A stretch of 64,000 nt of DNA from Bacteroidaceae bacterium (GCA_045220475.1 JBGUVW010000031.1:84088-148087); one strand, 5' to 3'. Shown: positions 1 to 7,864, counted from the first letter of the stretch. Numbers and translations are program-made. The notes: a model not told the origin generated them from the sequence alone.

Positions 1-197
1 TGAATGCCGGCCTCAACAATCTTGGTGGGATTTATGGTATCCACATAGAAACGGTCCAGCTCGGCTACGATATCATGGAATATCTCCAGGTTCTTTGAAA
101 CCTCAAAATTGTGGTCATCGGTTTTCTGGGCAAAGCTGATGGCGGGAACAAGTCCCAGTATTGTGAAAAGGGTAACACTACCAAGAAATCTCTTCAT
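1..197 (-). CDS. S41-family C-terminal processing peptidase, N-terminal fragment (gene runs off the window edge)
   Basis: Hand translation of the minus strand from the ATG at 195-197 gives MKRFLGSVTLFTILGLVPAISFAQKTDDHNFEVSKNLEIFHDIVAELDRFYVDTINPTKIVEAGI. This is a signal peptide followed by a FEVSKNL...YVDT pattern I recall from Bacteroidales tail-specific proteases. It is absent from the ORF track because no stop lies in the window. Confidence 0.5.
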   Translation of the reverse strand, partial: MKRFLGSVTLFTILGLVPAISFAQKTDDHNFEVSKNLEIFHDIVAELDRFYVDTINPTKIVEAGI

Positions 198-321
198 ATC
201 AATTGAATTCAATAGTCTGATTCATTTCCGCGAAGATATACATTTTTGGCAATCCAGCCGAATTTTTAGCTTTCTGACAGATTTTTTTGCCCGCAGATGT
301 TGGATATTCCAAAAAAGGCGG

Positions 322-329
322 TAAATTTG
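322..329 (+). promoter_or_regulatory. Bacteroidota -7 box TAAATTTG upstream of tRNA-Asn
   Basis: Exact match to the TAnnTTTG consensus, 43 nt upstream of the tRNA 5' end. Confidence 0.45.
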
Positions 330-371
330 CACCGCGTTTGAGAGCAGAACGCTCCAAACAGCGTCAAAAAT

Positions 372-448
372 GCTTCTTTAGCTCAGTTGGTTAGAGCATC
401 TGACTGTTAATCAGGGGGTCCTAGGTTCAAGTCCTAGAAGGAGCGCCA
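372..448 (+). tRNA. tRNA-Asn (anticodon GTT), CCA encoded
   Basis: Cloverleaf folded by hand. Acceptor is gcttctt/aaggagc, anticodon loop is ctGTTaa, T arm is ctagg-ttcaagt-cctag, discriminator is g, then cca. Confidence 0.93.
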
Positions 449-449
449 G

Positions 450-482
450 ATGAGTCCGAGTAAATCGGACTCATGTTTTTTT
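450..482 (+). terminator. Intrinsic terminator after tRNA-Asn
   Basis: Stem atgagtccg/cggactcat (450-458 with 466-474) followed by a run of 7 T (476-482). Confidence 0.8.
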
Positions 483-508
483 ATGCTTAGGACTTGACCT
501 AGTCCCGA

Positions 509-574
509 GGTCCTAGGTTTTTCGGACTCTACGAGTCCTCAACAAGCTTCGCAGTCAAGTCCTAGAAGGAGCGC
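509..574 (+). repeat. Pseudo-tRNA fragment: duplicated 3' part of tRNA-Asn split by a 35-nt insert
   Basis: 509-519 (ggtcctaggtt) equals tRNA positions 417-427. 555-574 (tcaagtcctagaaggagcgc) equals 427-446 exactly (20 nt). Confidence 0.85.
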
Positions 575-609
575 AAAAATGAGTTCGGTTTTACCGGACT
601 CTTTTTTTT
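575..609. terminator. Bidirectional terminator (second copy of the tRNA-Asn terminator module)
   Basis: A-run 575-579, stem gagttcgg/ccggactc (581-588 with 594-601), then a run of 8 T (602-609). It faces the 3' end of the convergent nhaC-like gene. Confidence 0.7.
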
Positions 610-629
610 GCGCTCCTTCTAGGACTTGA
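610..629 (-). repeat. Inverted copy of the tRNA-Asn 3' end 20-mer
   Basis: gcgctccttctaggacttga is the exact reverse complement of 427-446 and 555-574. Confidence 0.9.
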
Positions 630-639
630 GCCTATCGAG

Positions 640-1917
640 TCATTTACGGCGGAACAGGATGGAGAGAGTCACGCAGATGCCGGCTGCAAACGGATAATAC
701 AGATAAGGTATTATCTGCGTGGCGGCAAGACCGGTCAGGCCAGCAGCCATGAGCAACTGAGCTCCGTAAGGGATGATACCCTGGACAAAGCAGCTGAATA
801 TATCCATCAGGCTGGCGGCACGGCGTTTGGGAATACCGTACTTACCGGATATGTCATTCACTATGCCACCTACCGTAATGATTGCAATAGTATTGTTTGC
901 AGTACACAGGTTTGACAGGCCGGTAAGCAGTCCGATACCTAACTCTGCTCCCCTGCGGCCGCGCACATGACGCACAATTCCGTTCATGATATATTCCAGT
1001 CCGCCGTTATGGCGAATCAGCCCCAGCATTCCGCCAGCCATCAGGGTTACGATTATGAGGTCACCCATTCCGGCAATTCCGCTGCCGATGGCCCCAAGCA
1101 GAGAATACCAGTCCAGACATCCTGTGCAGAAACCTATGATTGCGTTCAGTACAATACCCATGAACAGGACCATGGTCACATCAAGCCCTATAAGGGAGAG
1201 CAGTATGACTGCTATATACGGAATCAGTTTGAGCCACTCGATGGCACCGGTATCAGGTTCAACGTTCAGGTGCAGTCCCTGATAGATATAGATACCCGCA
1301 ACAACCAGCACCGCAGGCAGAACAATGATGAAGTTTGCCTTGAACTTATCCTTCATGGCACATCCTACTGCACGGGTGGCTGCTATGGTGGTATCGGATA
1401 TGAATGACAGGTTATCGCCAAAGAAAGAACCGCCCACGATCAGAGCAGCCATCATGGCCTGGCTCATTCCGGTCTCCGCAGCTATACCGTTGGCAATCGG
1501 GACAAGCGCCACGATAGTGCCCACACTTGTACCTATGGCAAGTGACACGAAACAGCTTGTCAGGAACAATCCTGCCAGCAGAGCCTTGACCGGCACTATA
1601 CTGAGCGTGAAATTGACCGTAGCCTCTATCGATCCAATCTCCTTGGCCGATCCGGCAAACGCACCCGCCAACATGAAAATCCACACCATGAGCATTATGT
1701 TCCAATGGCCGGCACTCTCAGAGAAAATGTTGACTCTATCTATCAGCTTTCCGCGTGTGATGGCCACGGCATAGACCGATGCCAGCAAGAACGCCGCCGA
1801 TACAGGGACTTTGTAAAAATCACCTGCCAGCAGCGATGAAACCAGATAAACTACCAGAAAAACCACCAGGGGGCTCAAGGCCAGAAACCCCGGCATCTTA
1901 CTATCTTCTTTGCTCAT
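640..1917 (-). CDS. Na+/H+ antiporter, NhaC family
   Basis: 425-aa polytopic membrane ORF that resembles the NhaC family over its full length (recognised from memory). Its ATG overlaps the manC stop (TGATG). Confidence 0.8.
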   Translation of the reverse strand: MSKEDSKMPGFLALSPLVVFLVVYLVSSLLAGDFYKVPVSAAFLLASVYAVAITRGKLIDRVNIFSESAGHWNIMLMVWIFMLAGAFAGSAKEIGSIEATVNFTLSIVPVKALLAGLFLTSCFVSLAIGTSVGTIVALVPIANGIAAETGMSQAMMAALIVGGSFFGDNLSFISDTTIAATRAVGCAMKDKFKANFIIVLPAVLVVAGIYIYQGLHLNVEPDTGAIEWLKLIPYIAVILLSLIGLDVTMVLFMGIVLNAIIGFCTGCLDWYSLLGAIGSGIAGMGDLIIVTLMAGGMLGLIRHNGGLEYIMNGIVRHVRGRRGAELGIGLLTGLSNLCTANNTIAIITVGGIVNDISGKYGIPKRRAASLMDIFSCFVQGIIPYGAQLLMAAGLTGLAATQIIPYLYYPFAAGICVTLSILFRRK

Positions 1918-3005
1918 CAGGAGTATTTTTCACCATACTTGAGCATGGCGTCATTTATGTAGCGCTTAAAGTCCGTCTCATTATTGCGACGGCATATGAC
2001 CAGCACATCATCGGTATCAACCACAAGGAAATCACTCAGGTCATCAATAACCACAAGCTTCTTCTCCTTGTTGCACAGGAACATGCTGTTATGGCAGTCA
2101 TAAACCTGATAGTTGTACATACCCAACACATTGCCCTGGTCATCCTTGGCGCAGTAATCATAAAGCAGGTCCCAGCTCTCTATATCGTTCCAGCTGAAAT
2201 CACCTATGGTCATGCAAACCTTATCGGTCTTTTCCAGGATACCGTAGTCTATTGATATGCGCGGGAACGCCTCATAGACCGAGTAGAGCAGGCTGCGGCG
2301 CTCGTCACGGTTGTGCTTGGTATCATAAATGCGGTTAAACTGCGATATCATATCCGGCAGATAGGTCTTGGCTATCTCAATGTAGGTGTTGACGTTCCAC
2401 ATAAGGATACCGGAGTTCCAGTAGAACTCACCGCTGTCCACGAACACCTTGGCAAAAGACTCCTCGGGTTTCTCGGTGAATGTGCGAACGCTGTATATGC
2501 CATCGGCCTTAGGTTCATCAATCTGGATATATCCGAATCTGGTCTCAGGGCGGGTTGGCTTGATACCAACTGTGAGTATGAAGTTGTTTTCACTTACAAA
2601 TGCCATTCCCTTTTCTATGACCTCTATGTATGGAGCCTCATCCTTTATTACAAGGTCCGACGGAACCACCAGGATATTTGCATTTGGATTGATGTCACGG
2701 ATATGGTATGCCGCAAGCGTGATGCTGGGTGCCGTACCTTTCATAACCGGCTCACGCAACACCTGCAGCGGATTCAGGTCCGGCAGCTGATTGCATACAT
2801 CCTCATAGAAATCCAGATTTGTTGAAACTATAATGTTCTCCTCAGGGAAAATGCTTCTCATTCTCTCAACAGTCTCCTTAAGGAGAGTACGTCCGTTATT
2901 ATTGAAATCAAGGAACTGCTTGGGCATGCCCTTACGGCTCAAGGGCCACAGTCTGGTGCCGAAACCACCTGCCAGCACAACGCAGAAATTGTCTGATCCT
3001 AACAT
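1917..3005 (-). CDS. manC: Mannose-1-phosphate guanylyltransferase
   Basis: The N-terminus VVLAGGFGTRLWPLSRKGMPKQFL is the nucleotidyltransferase glycine loop typical of ManC. The length of 362 aa fits. Confidence 0.85.
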   Translation of the reverse strand: MLGSDNFCVVLAGGFGTRLWPLSRKGMPKQFLDFNNNGRTLLKETVERMRSIFPEENIIVSTNLDFYEDVCNQLPDLNPLQVLREPVMKGTAPSITLAAYHIRDINPNANILVVPSDLVIKDEAPYIEVIEKGMAFVSENNFILTVGIKPTRPETRFGYIQIDEPKADGIYSVRTFTEKPEESFAKVFVDSGEFYWNSGILMWNVNTYIEIAKTYLPDMISQFNRIYDTKHNRDERRSLLYSVYEAFPRISIDYGILEKTDKVCMTIGDFSWNDIESWDLLYDYCAKDDQGNVLGMYNYQVYDCHNSMFLCNKEKKLVVIDDLSDFLVVDTDDVLVICRRNNETDFKRYINDAMLKYGEKYS

Positions 3006-3183
3006 AGTATCTATATTGGTGTTGGTAATGAACTGTCATTAAAAGATAGTCTGCTACGAAGTTATATCATATTTCCATTAAAACAAGCAATCACGGCACA
3101 AAATGGAGGCATTCTAAAAAATTCGGCAGTCTATCTGTAAGTTTCATCAATTTGTTGTACCTTCGCGGCGGTTTCAGTACCAA

Positions 3184-3265
3184 GCCCAGATGGCGGAATC
3201 GGTAGACGCGCTGGTCTCAAACACCAGTGGGGCAACCCGTGCCGGTTCGACCCCGGCTCTGGGTA
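3184..3265 (+). tRNA. tRNA-Leu (anticodon CAA), type II with long variable arm
   Basis: Acceptor is gcccaga/tctgggt (G1-U72 wobble), anticodon loop is ctCAAac, variable arm is tggggcaacccgt, and T arm is gccgg-ttcgacc-ccggc. Confidence 0.92.
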
Positions 3266-3267
3266 CA
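3254..3267 (+). repeat. attL-like core: 3' end of tRNA-Leu (cggctctgggtaca)
   Basis: The identical 14-mer recurs at 4509-4522. With the next 7 nt, 19 of 21 positions match. Confidence 0.8.
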
Positions 3268-3310
3268 AGAAACCCTTGTAGAAGTTATCTGCAAGGGTTT
3301 CTTCTTTTCC
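3268..3310 (+). terminator. Intrinsic terminator after tRNA-Leu
   Basis: 11-bp stem agaaacccttg/caagggtttct (3268-3278 with 3292-3302) followed by a T-rich tail. Confidence 0.75.
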
Positions 3311-3323
3311 ATCACTCAAATTT

Positions 3324-3340
3324 GGTCACCTTTTGGTCAC
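3324..3340 (+). repeat. Two GGTCAC iterons, 11-nt phasing (left arm)
   Basis: ggtcac at 3324-3329 and 3335-3340, within tttGGTCACcttttGGTCACtttttt. Confidence 0.6.
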
Positions 3341-3524
3341 TTTTTTCAATTGTTTGTTGTTTCAATTTGCATTTTGCAATGTTGACTACCTCGTAAAATG
3401 GATTCGCAGATTGTTACCCTAAATGCCTTATCTTTCCATAATGAGTGCAAGACGTAAAGAATGCTTTGTTTAGAGCACTCACAAAGCAAGGGTGTGGAAA
3501 CCAAAGTTGGAATCAGCGCCGTCA

Positions 3525-4259
3525 CTAATCCTTTAGACAACCAATAGAAAGGACATATACCCCATCCTTTCTTCGGTATGCGTATTTGCCAACGCCAATA
3601 ATTACTGCCATGAATGATGGGGCCGGCATTTTATCCATATCAATATTGTTGGCTAGTTCTATCATGCTGGCTGCTCCTTCGTTGATTTTATCTTCACCAC
3701 CAAGTTTTACTTCAAGGAGTGCATAACTACCATTACGCCGATGAAGCACTGTATCGCATTCCAGTCCGTTGCTATCCCTATAATGATAGAGTTCACCATC
3801 CAAAGCTTCCGCATACACACGAAGGTCACGGACGGCCATATCTTCAAAGAACAAACCAAATGACTGCAAATCGTTGATAAGGTCTTTGGGGCCAAGTCCT
3901 AATGCGGCTGTACCGATGCTGGGGTCAACGAAATGCCTGGTGTCACTCGTCCTGATTGCGGCTTTACTTCGTATGTTTGGATTCCATGCAGCAAGGTCCT
4001 CGATGACGAATAGTTTTTTCAAAGCCTTGATATAATCTGCAACAGTGTCTTCATCTAATGTGCTAGCATCGTTGGAGAGCATATCCTTGCGGATGGTGGA
4101 GTATGATGCCTGTTGAGATATGTTTCTGGCGTACGATCGTAGAAGCAGTCTTGCCCGTTCAGAGTTTCTTTTCACTTTGTCAACACGCTGAATATCATGC
4201 TTTATGACGTATGGAACAAAGGTGGAGTTTTTGTTTGACCCAGCCAAATTATTTGACAA
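3525..4259 (-). pseudogene. 5'-truncated AAA-ATPase/DUF4143 family gene (C-terminal about 240 aa only)
   Basis: The translation carries the C-terminal region typical of ATP-binding DUF4143 proteins (...LLRSYARNISQQAS..., DTRHFVDPSIGTAAL, FEDMAVRDLRVYAE, LYHYRDSNGLECDTVL, LLEVKLGG). There is no P-loop N-terminal half. Only about 250 nt of non-coding DNA lies upstream before the att-like repeat. Confidence 0.65.
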
Positions 4260-4355
4260 CTTTTCGGTGATTTGTGACTAAATTATTCGGTTATTTGTGG
4301 CGCTTTTATTCGGCGAATTGGAGAGTAATCTTTCTCAAAAACATCTCTTTTAGTT

Positions 4356-4391
4356 GGTCACTTTTCCTTAATTCGGTCACTTATCGGTCAC
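4356..4391 (+). repeat. Three GGTCAC iterons (right arm)
   Basis: ggtcac at 4356-4361, 4375-4380 and 4386-4391. The last two are spaced 11 nt apart, as in the left arm. All are in the same orientation as the left-arm copies. Confidence 0.6.
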
Positions 4392-4508
4392 CTTTTTCGT
4401 GTGCATTTGTGAATACACCTACCAATCCGTTAATCTTTTGATAGCGAATTTGTTCAATTTAATCAAAGAATACACGACAGCCACTCGTTATCAACGATTA
4501 TCTCGCTA

Positions 4509-4522
4509 CGGCTCTGGGTACA
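4509..4522 (+). repeat. attR-like core: displaced copy of the tRNA-Leu 3' end
   Basis: cggctctgggtaca is identical to 3254-3267. Confidence 0.8.
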
Positions 4523-4539
4523 GGGAACCATCCCTAATG

Positions 4540-5532
4540 TTACCTTCTTTGGCGGGCAAAGATGTTGGCAAGGATGGTGCCGCTGATGCTGTGCCAGGCG
4601 CAGGATATGGCGCAGGGTACTACAGCCATGGGGTTGGTGGCTACAAAGAACGTCATTGCCAGGTTGGTTCCCAGGCCGGCGTTCTGCATGCCGACCTCGA
4701 TTGAGAGGGTGCGTTTCTTTGCCGTATTGAACTTGAACAGTTTGCCTACCGAGTAGCCCAGCACATAACCTATGGTGTTGTGGCAGAATACCATTCCGAA
4801 AGTGAGCAGGAACAGAACCAGACCGTTCTCCACCAGCGGATCATGAACCGTGGTGATGACACCGCCCACGATGCAGGCCAGACATATGACCGATACACCC
4901 GGCATGCAACCCTGAATCCTGCGGAACACCTCCTTGTGTCCCAGCCAGACGTTCAGGAAAAAACCTATCGCTATTGGAATGATAGTCACGATGAGTATCT
5001 GACGGAACATACCCCATGCATCCACATCCACCCTCTCGCCCGCAAGCATGAGCACAAGCAGCGGCGTGAGCACGGGAGCCAGCAGGGTCGATACGCAGGT
5101 CATACCCACGGAGTATGCGACATCGGCCTTACACAGGAAAGACATTATGTTGCTCGATACGCCTCCAGGACAGCAGCCCACCAGTATGATGCCGATGGCC
5201 ATAGCGGTGCTGTACGGCGCAAAGGCGGGCACTTGGCTGAAAAGCCATGAGAGCGAGAACGCAACCAGAGGCATGATGGTGAACTGAGCCACCGCACCTA
5301 TCAGTATATCCAACGGACGCTTGGCCAGAAGTTTGAAATCATCGGGCGTAAGCGTGAGTCCCATGGTGAGCATGATAATACCCAGAATTATGGTCTGCAT
5401 ATTACCTTTTACCCAGACAAAAAGCCCCGGGAAAAAGAACGTCACCACAGCCGTCAGAATGATGAACAGGCTGGCCTTGTCACTTAAGATATCACTCAGT
5501 CTTTTAAGCATAAATGGTGTTTTAATATCCAA
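4540..5532 (-). CDS. Bile acid:sodium symporter (BASS) family transporter
   Basis: 330-aa polytopic ORF. The N-terminal region ...FFFPGLFVWVKGNMQTIILGIIMLTMGLTLTPDDFKLLAKRP... is typical of the BASS/SBF family. Confidence 0.85.
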   Translation of the reverse strand: MDIKTPFMLKRLSDILSDKASLFIILTAVVTFFFPGLFVWVKGNMQTIILGIIMLTMGLTLTPDDFKLLAKRPLDILIGAVAQFTIMPLVAFSLSWLFSQVPAFAPYSTAMAIGIILVGCCPGGVSSNIMSFLCKADVAYSVGMTCVSTLLAPVLTPLLVLMLAGERVDVDAWGMFRQILIVTIIPIAIGFFLNVWLGHKEVFRRIQGCMPGVSVICLACIVGGVITTVHDPLVENGLVLFLLTFGMVFCHNTIGYVLGYSVGKLFKFNTAKKRTLSIEVGMQNAGLGTNLAMTFFVATNPMAVVPCAISCAWHSISGTILANIFARQRR

Positions 5533-6163
5533 GGTTCTCGCCCACTAGTACCACGGTGTGACGGCCTTTTGGTGAGTTACGCAAGAAATGTACGTAGTTG
5601 CAGATTGATTCCGGTGAGTTGCAGTTATGACATACTCCGTCTATCTGGCATGGGGTTTTGATGTCAAAGCGGGCGGCATTGGTGGGTGACGCGGTGCTTC
5701 GAGCCCTTGCCAGAGCGGCCTCTACATTCTGGGCGACCTTGTTAAGGCCTATAACGAAAATGACCTTCTTGGGGCCCCAGGTGATAGCGGCCACGCGATT
5801 GCCGTTACCGTCAATATTCACTATGACGCCATCCTCAGAGATGGCATTCGCGCTGGACAGATATACATCGGCCGAGAATGCCTTTAGATACATCTCCTGT
5901 TTCTCTTCAGGTGTCTTAACCAGGTCACGGTCCAGTACCTGAAGCGTGCCGCGGCTCCTCAAGAAATCGGGAATCCCAAGGTCACGGACGGTCATAGTTC
6001 CGCCCCATGTCACACTGCTTCCATCCTCAATGAGTTCAGAAACCTTCTTCACTGCCTCCTGGGCTGTTGCACAATAGAAACCCTCTATGTGACGTCGCTT
6101 CAAATTCTTGATGATGGTCTGAGCCACCCGCTCATTCCTTTGCTCCTGTGGTGTCATAATCAT
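5522..6163 (-). CDS. LUD-domain (lactate utilisation LutC/YkgG-like, DUF162) protein
   Basis: 213 aa that resemble LUD-domain proteins, with a C-terminal Cys cluster (CQIDGVCHNCNSPESIC). It overlaps the downstream BASS start by 11 nt. Confidence 0.65.
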   Translation of the reverse strand: MIMTPQEQRNERVAQTIIKNLKRRHIEGFYCATAQEAVKKVSELIEDGSSVTWGGTMTVRDLGIPDFLRSRGTLQVLDRDLVKTPEEKQEMYLKAFSADVYLSSANAISEDGVIVNIDGNGNRVAAITWGPKKVIFVIGLNKVAQNVEAALARARSTASPTNAARFDIKTPCQIDGVCHNCNSPESICNYVHFLRNSPKGRHTVVLVGENLGY

Positions 6164-6204
6164 TAATTTGTTTCCGCGAATATACTCATTTCAACCGATA
6201 CTAG

Positions 6205-6331
6205 GAGCCAAAGGGGACGGTTCTGTTTGGCCCCCCATTTTCAGATATTAAAAAGCAGTGAAGATGTTAGCCTTCACTGCTTCTTTTTAGTTCTCTGCAA
6301 AGGGGCCAAACAGAACCGTCCCCTTTGGCTC
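6205..6331. repeat. MITE/REP-like element: perfect 30-bp terminal inverted repeats around a terminator hairpin
   Basis: 6205-6234 (gagccaaaggggacggttctgtttggcccc) is the exact reverse complement of 6302-6331. The centre holds the hairpin gcagtgaag/cttcactgc (6255-6280), flanked by an A-run and a T-run. Confidence 0.85.
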
Positions 6332-6333
6332 AA

Positions 6334-7089
6334 TCAGATTTCTGACCACCACCAATTCTGGGGTTTCTTGTCAATTCTTAGCAGCAGATACTCTTTGTAG
6401 GGATCGCCAAGCAGAGATGCATATTTCTTGGCAAGACTCTTTATGTCGGCAAGTTTGGAGTTGATCTTTTCAACATCCTTGTATGCGATGGCATTGTATA
6501 AATCCTGTCCTATTGCAACCAATGCGCCGTTATTGCCTCCTCTGGGCGACCAGCATTTTGCCCCATACTGTCTGTTAAAGAAACGGAAGGTCGTTCCATC
6601 CAAACCGGCAACCGAAAAATCGGCTCCCTCACCTGTCTTTAATATGTCAAGCTTCTGCTGCACCGATTCCTTTGAAGGCAGGTTTGTGGCCGAATATACC
6701 GCTGCATCAATAAGAGTACGCATCTGATAAGCCAGTTCCTCATCTATTTCAAGGACATGAGGCTCCTGCTGATTCTGAATCTTAAGCTCAAGACGGCACT
6801 TTTTTGAATCGGAGTTGCAGACACACTGAATCTCATAACTCTCTGAGAAAGACGGCTCAACTTTTGTGCTCCAGCAAACAATGTCATTGGATCTTGGGGT
6901 ATTCATCAGAGCATTCAACTGATTCATGAAATCCGGATCGTTCAGATTTCCTACCGCTTTCAAAGTGAACTGAGGTAGAGGTTTGTCACAAGGTTTTAAA
7001 TAATCTTCTGTCCCCTGTGCCACTGCCGGCATTGCAAACGCAAACATGAGGCTGAATGCAGCCATTTTAAAATTCTTACTCATAATCAT
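6334..7089 (-). CDS. Hypothetical secreted protein
   Basis: It has a signal peptide (MAAFSLMFAFAMPAVAQG) and I recognise no family. Its start overlaps the upstream stop (ATGA). Confidence 0.6.
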   Translation of the reverse strand: MIMSKNFKMAAFSLMFAFAMPAVAQGTEDYLKPCDKPLPQFTLKAVGNLNDPDFMNQLNALMNTPRSNDIVCWSTKVEPSFSESYEIQCVCNSDSKKCRLELKIQNQQEPHVLEIDEELAYQMRTLIDAAVYSATNLPSKESVQQKLDILKTGEGADFSVAGLDGTTFRFFNRQYGAKCWSPRGGNNGALVAIGQDLYNAIAYKDVEKINSKLADIKSLAKKYASLLGDPYKEYLLLRIDKKPQNWWWSEI

Positions 7090-7790
7090 TTAATTTTTTC
7101 AAGTCCAAGAGTGTATTTAGAAATATCAATGGGAGTGCTGAAAGTGTTATAACCTTCCATAGAAACCCTAAGCGTATTGCCGGGCTTTACTATTGTAAGT
7201 TTGAATTCACCATTCACTGTTTCTGTGCCGGCCACCACCTTGCCGTCCGCGTCTATCTCATCGACCGATATACCACCGGCATTGACCCAGTTGCCCAATA
7301 ATACGCGGCCTGTAATCACATCGCCGGGCTTAAGGGTGCAGGCAGCCTTTTTAAGCCTGATCTGATATGTTCTGCGGTCAAAGGGCAGTGTCTGGGTCTC
7401 ATAACCCTCGGCCTCAAACGATATCTTATTATTGGTATCTCCGACTTGAAGCATATCAAAGAACCCGTCATCAGATGCGTACCACTTCATCACGGCCCGG
7501 CCCACTATGTCACGCTCACATGCCTTGACATCCCTGAATTTTATGGGATTACCCTCACTGTCCAGGATAAAACCGTTCACTCTGCCTCCTTTAACAGGGG
7601 CTTCTTCTATAGGCTTGCGCCTATCTTCATTCATCTGCTTCATCAGATTCTGCAGGCCTCCCGCCTCAGAACTCAAGCGCTCAATCTGTTCCACAAAATT
7701 TCCCTGATCCTGATTAAGATCCTGCGCATTCAGTGACGTCAGGGAAAAACAGATTGCTGTAAGGCTTAAAACAAAGAGTTTCCTGTTCAT
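7086..7790 (-). CDS. Hypothetical secreted protein with carboxypeptidase-regulatory-like beta-sandwich segments
   Basis: Start is moved to M36 (ATG at 7788-7790) because MNRKLFVLSLTAICFSLTSLNAQD is a signal peptide. Segments GRVNGFILDSEGNPI and ITGRVL...VNGEFKLTI resemble CarboxypepD_reg folds. Confidence 0.55.
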   Translation of the reverse strand: MNRKLFVLSLTAICFSLTSLNAQDLNQDQGNFVEQIERLSSEAGGLQNLMKQMNEDRRKPIEEAPVKGGRVNGFILDSEGNPIKFRDVKACERDIVGRAVMKWYASDDGFFDMLQVGDTNNKISFEAEGYETQTLPFDRRTYQIRLKKAACTLKPGDVITGRVLLGNWVNAGGISVDEIDADGKVVAGTETVNGEFKLTIVKPGNTLRVSMEGYNTFSTPIDISKYTLGLEKIK

Positions 7791-7864
7791 ATTATCATTA
7801 ATTGGTTGTCTGAAATCAAAACGTTTAAATACAGAAAATGCGTCTCCTGTTTTTAAATTTGTGA

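Larger units (their letters stand above)
3268..4508. mobile_element. Decayed tRNA-Leu-integrated element remnant (no integrase left)
   Basis: The segment is bounded by direct repeats of the tRNA-Leu 3' end and is AT-rich. It carries only a 5'-truncated DUF4143-type ATPase gene and GGTCAC iterons near both ends. Confidence 0.6.

Noticed and set aside
109-324. 71-aa plus-strand ORF at the left edge.
   Set aside because: It runs antisense across the start of the S41 peptidase gene and through the tRNA-Asn promoter region. The translation is low-complexity with no recognisable features.
773-1774. Several 65-149 aa ORFs inside the nhaC-like gene (773-970, 967-1407, 986-1282, 1325-1774 on the plus strand, 1412-1705 on the minus strand).
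   Set aside because: These are antisense or off-frame ORFs inside a well-supported membrane transporter gene. The translations are Pro/Ser/Arg/His-rich, typical of non-coding frames.
3346-3540. 64-aa and 62-68 aa ORFs around tRNA-Leu (3131-3319, 3190-3396, 3346-3540).
   Set aside because: They overlap the tRNA gene, its terminator or the AT-rich element remnant, and they have no features of real proteins.
4399-4704. 101-aa plus-strand ORF spanning the attR-like repeat.
   Set aside because: It crosses non-coding AT-rich DNA and the att repeat, then runs antisense into the BASS transporter gene, and it resembles no family.
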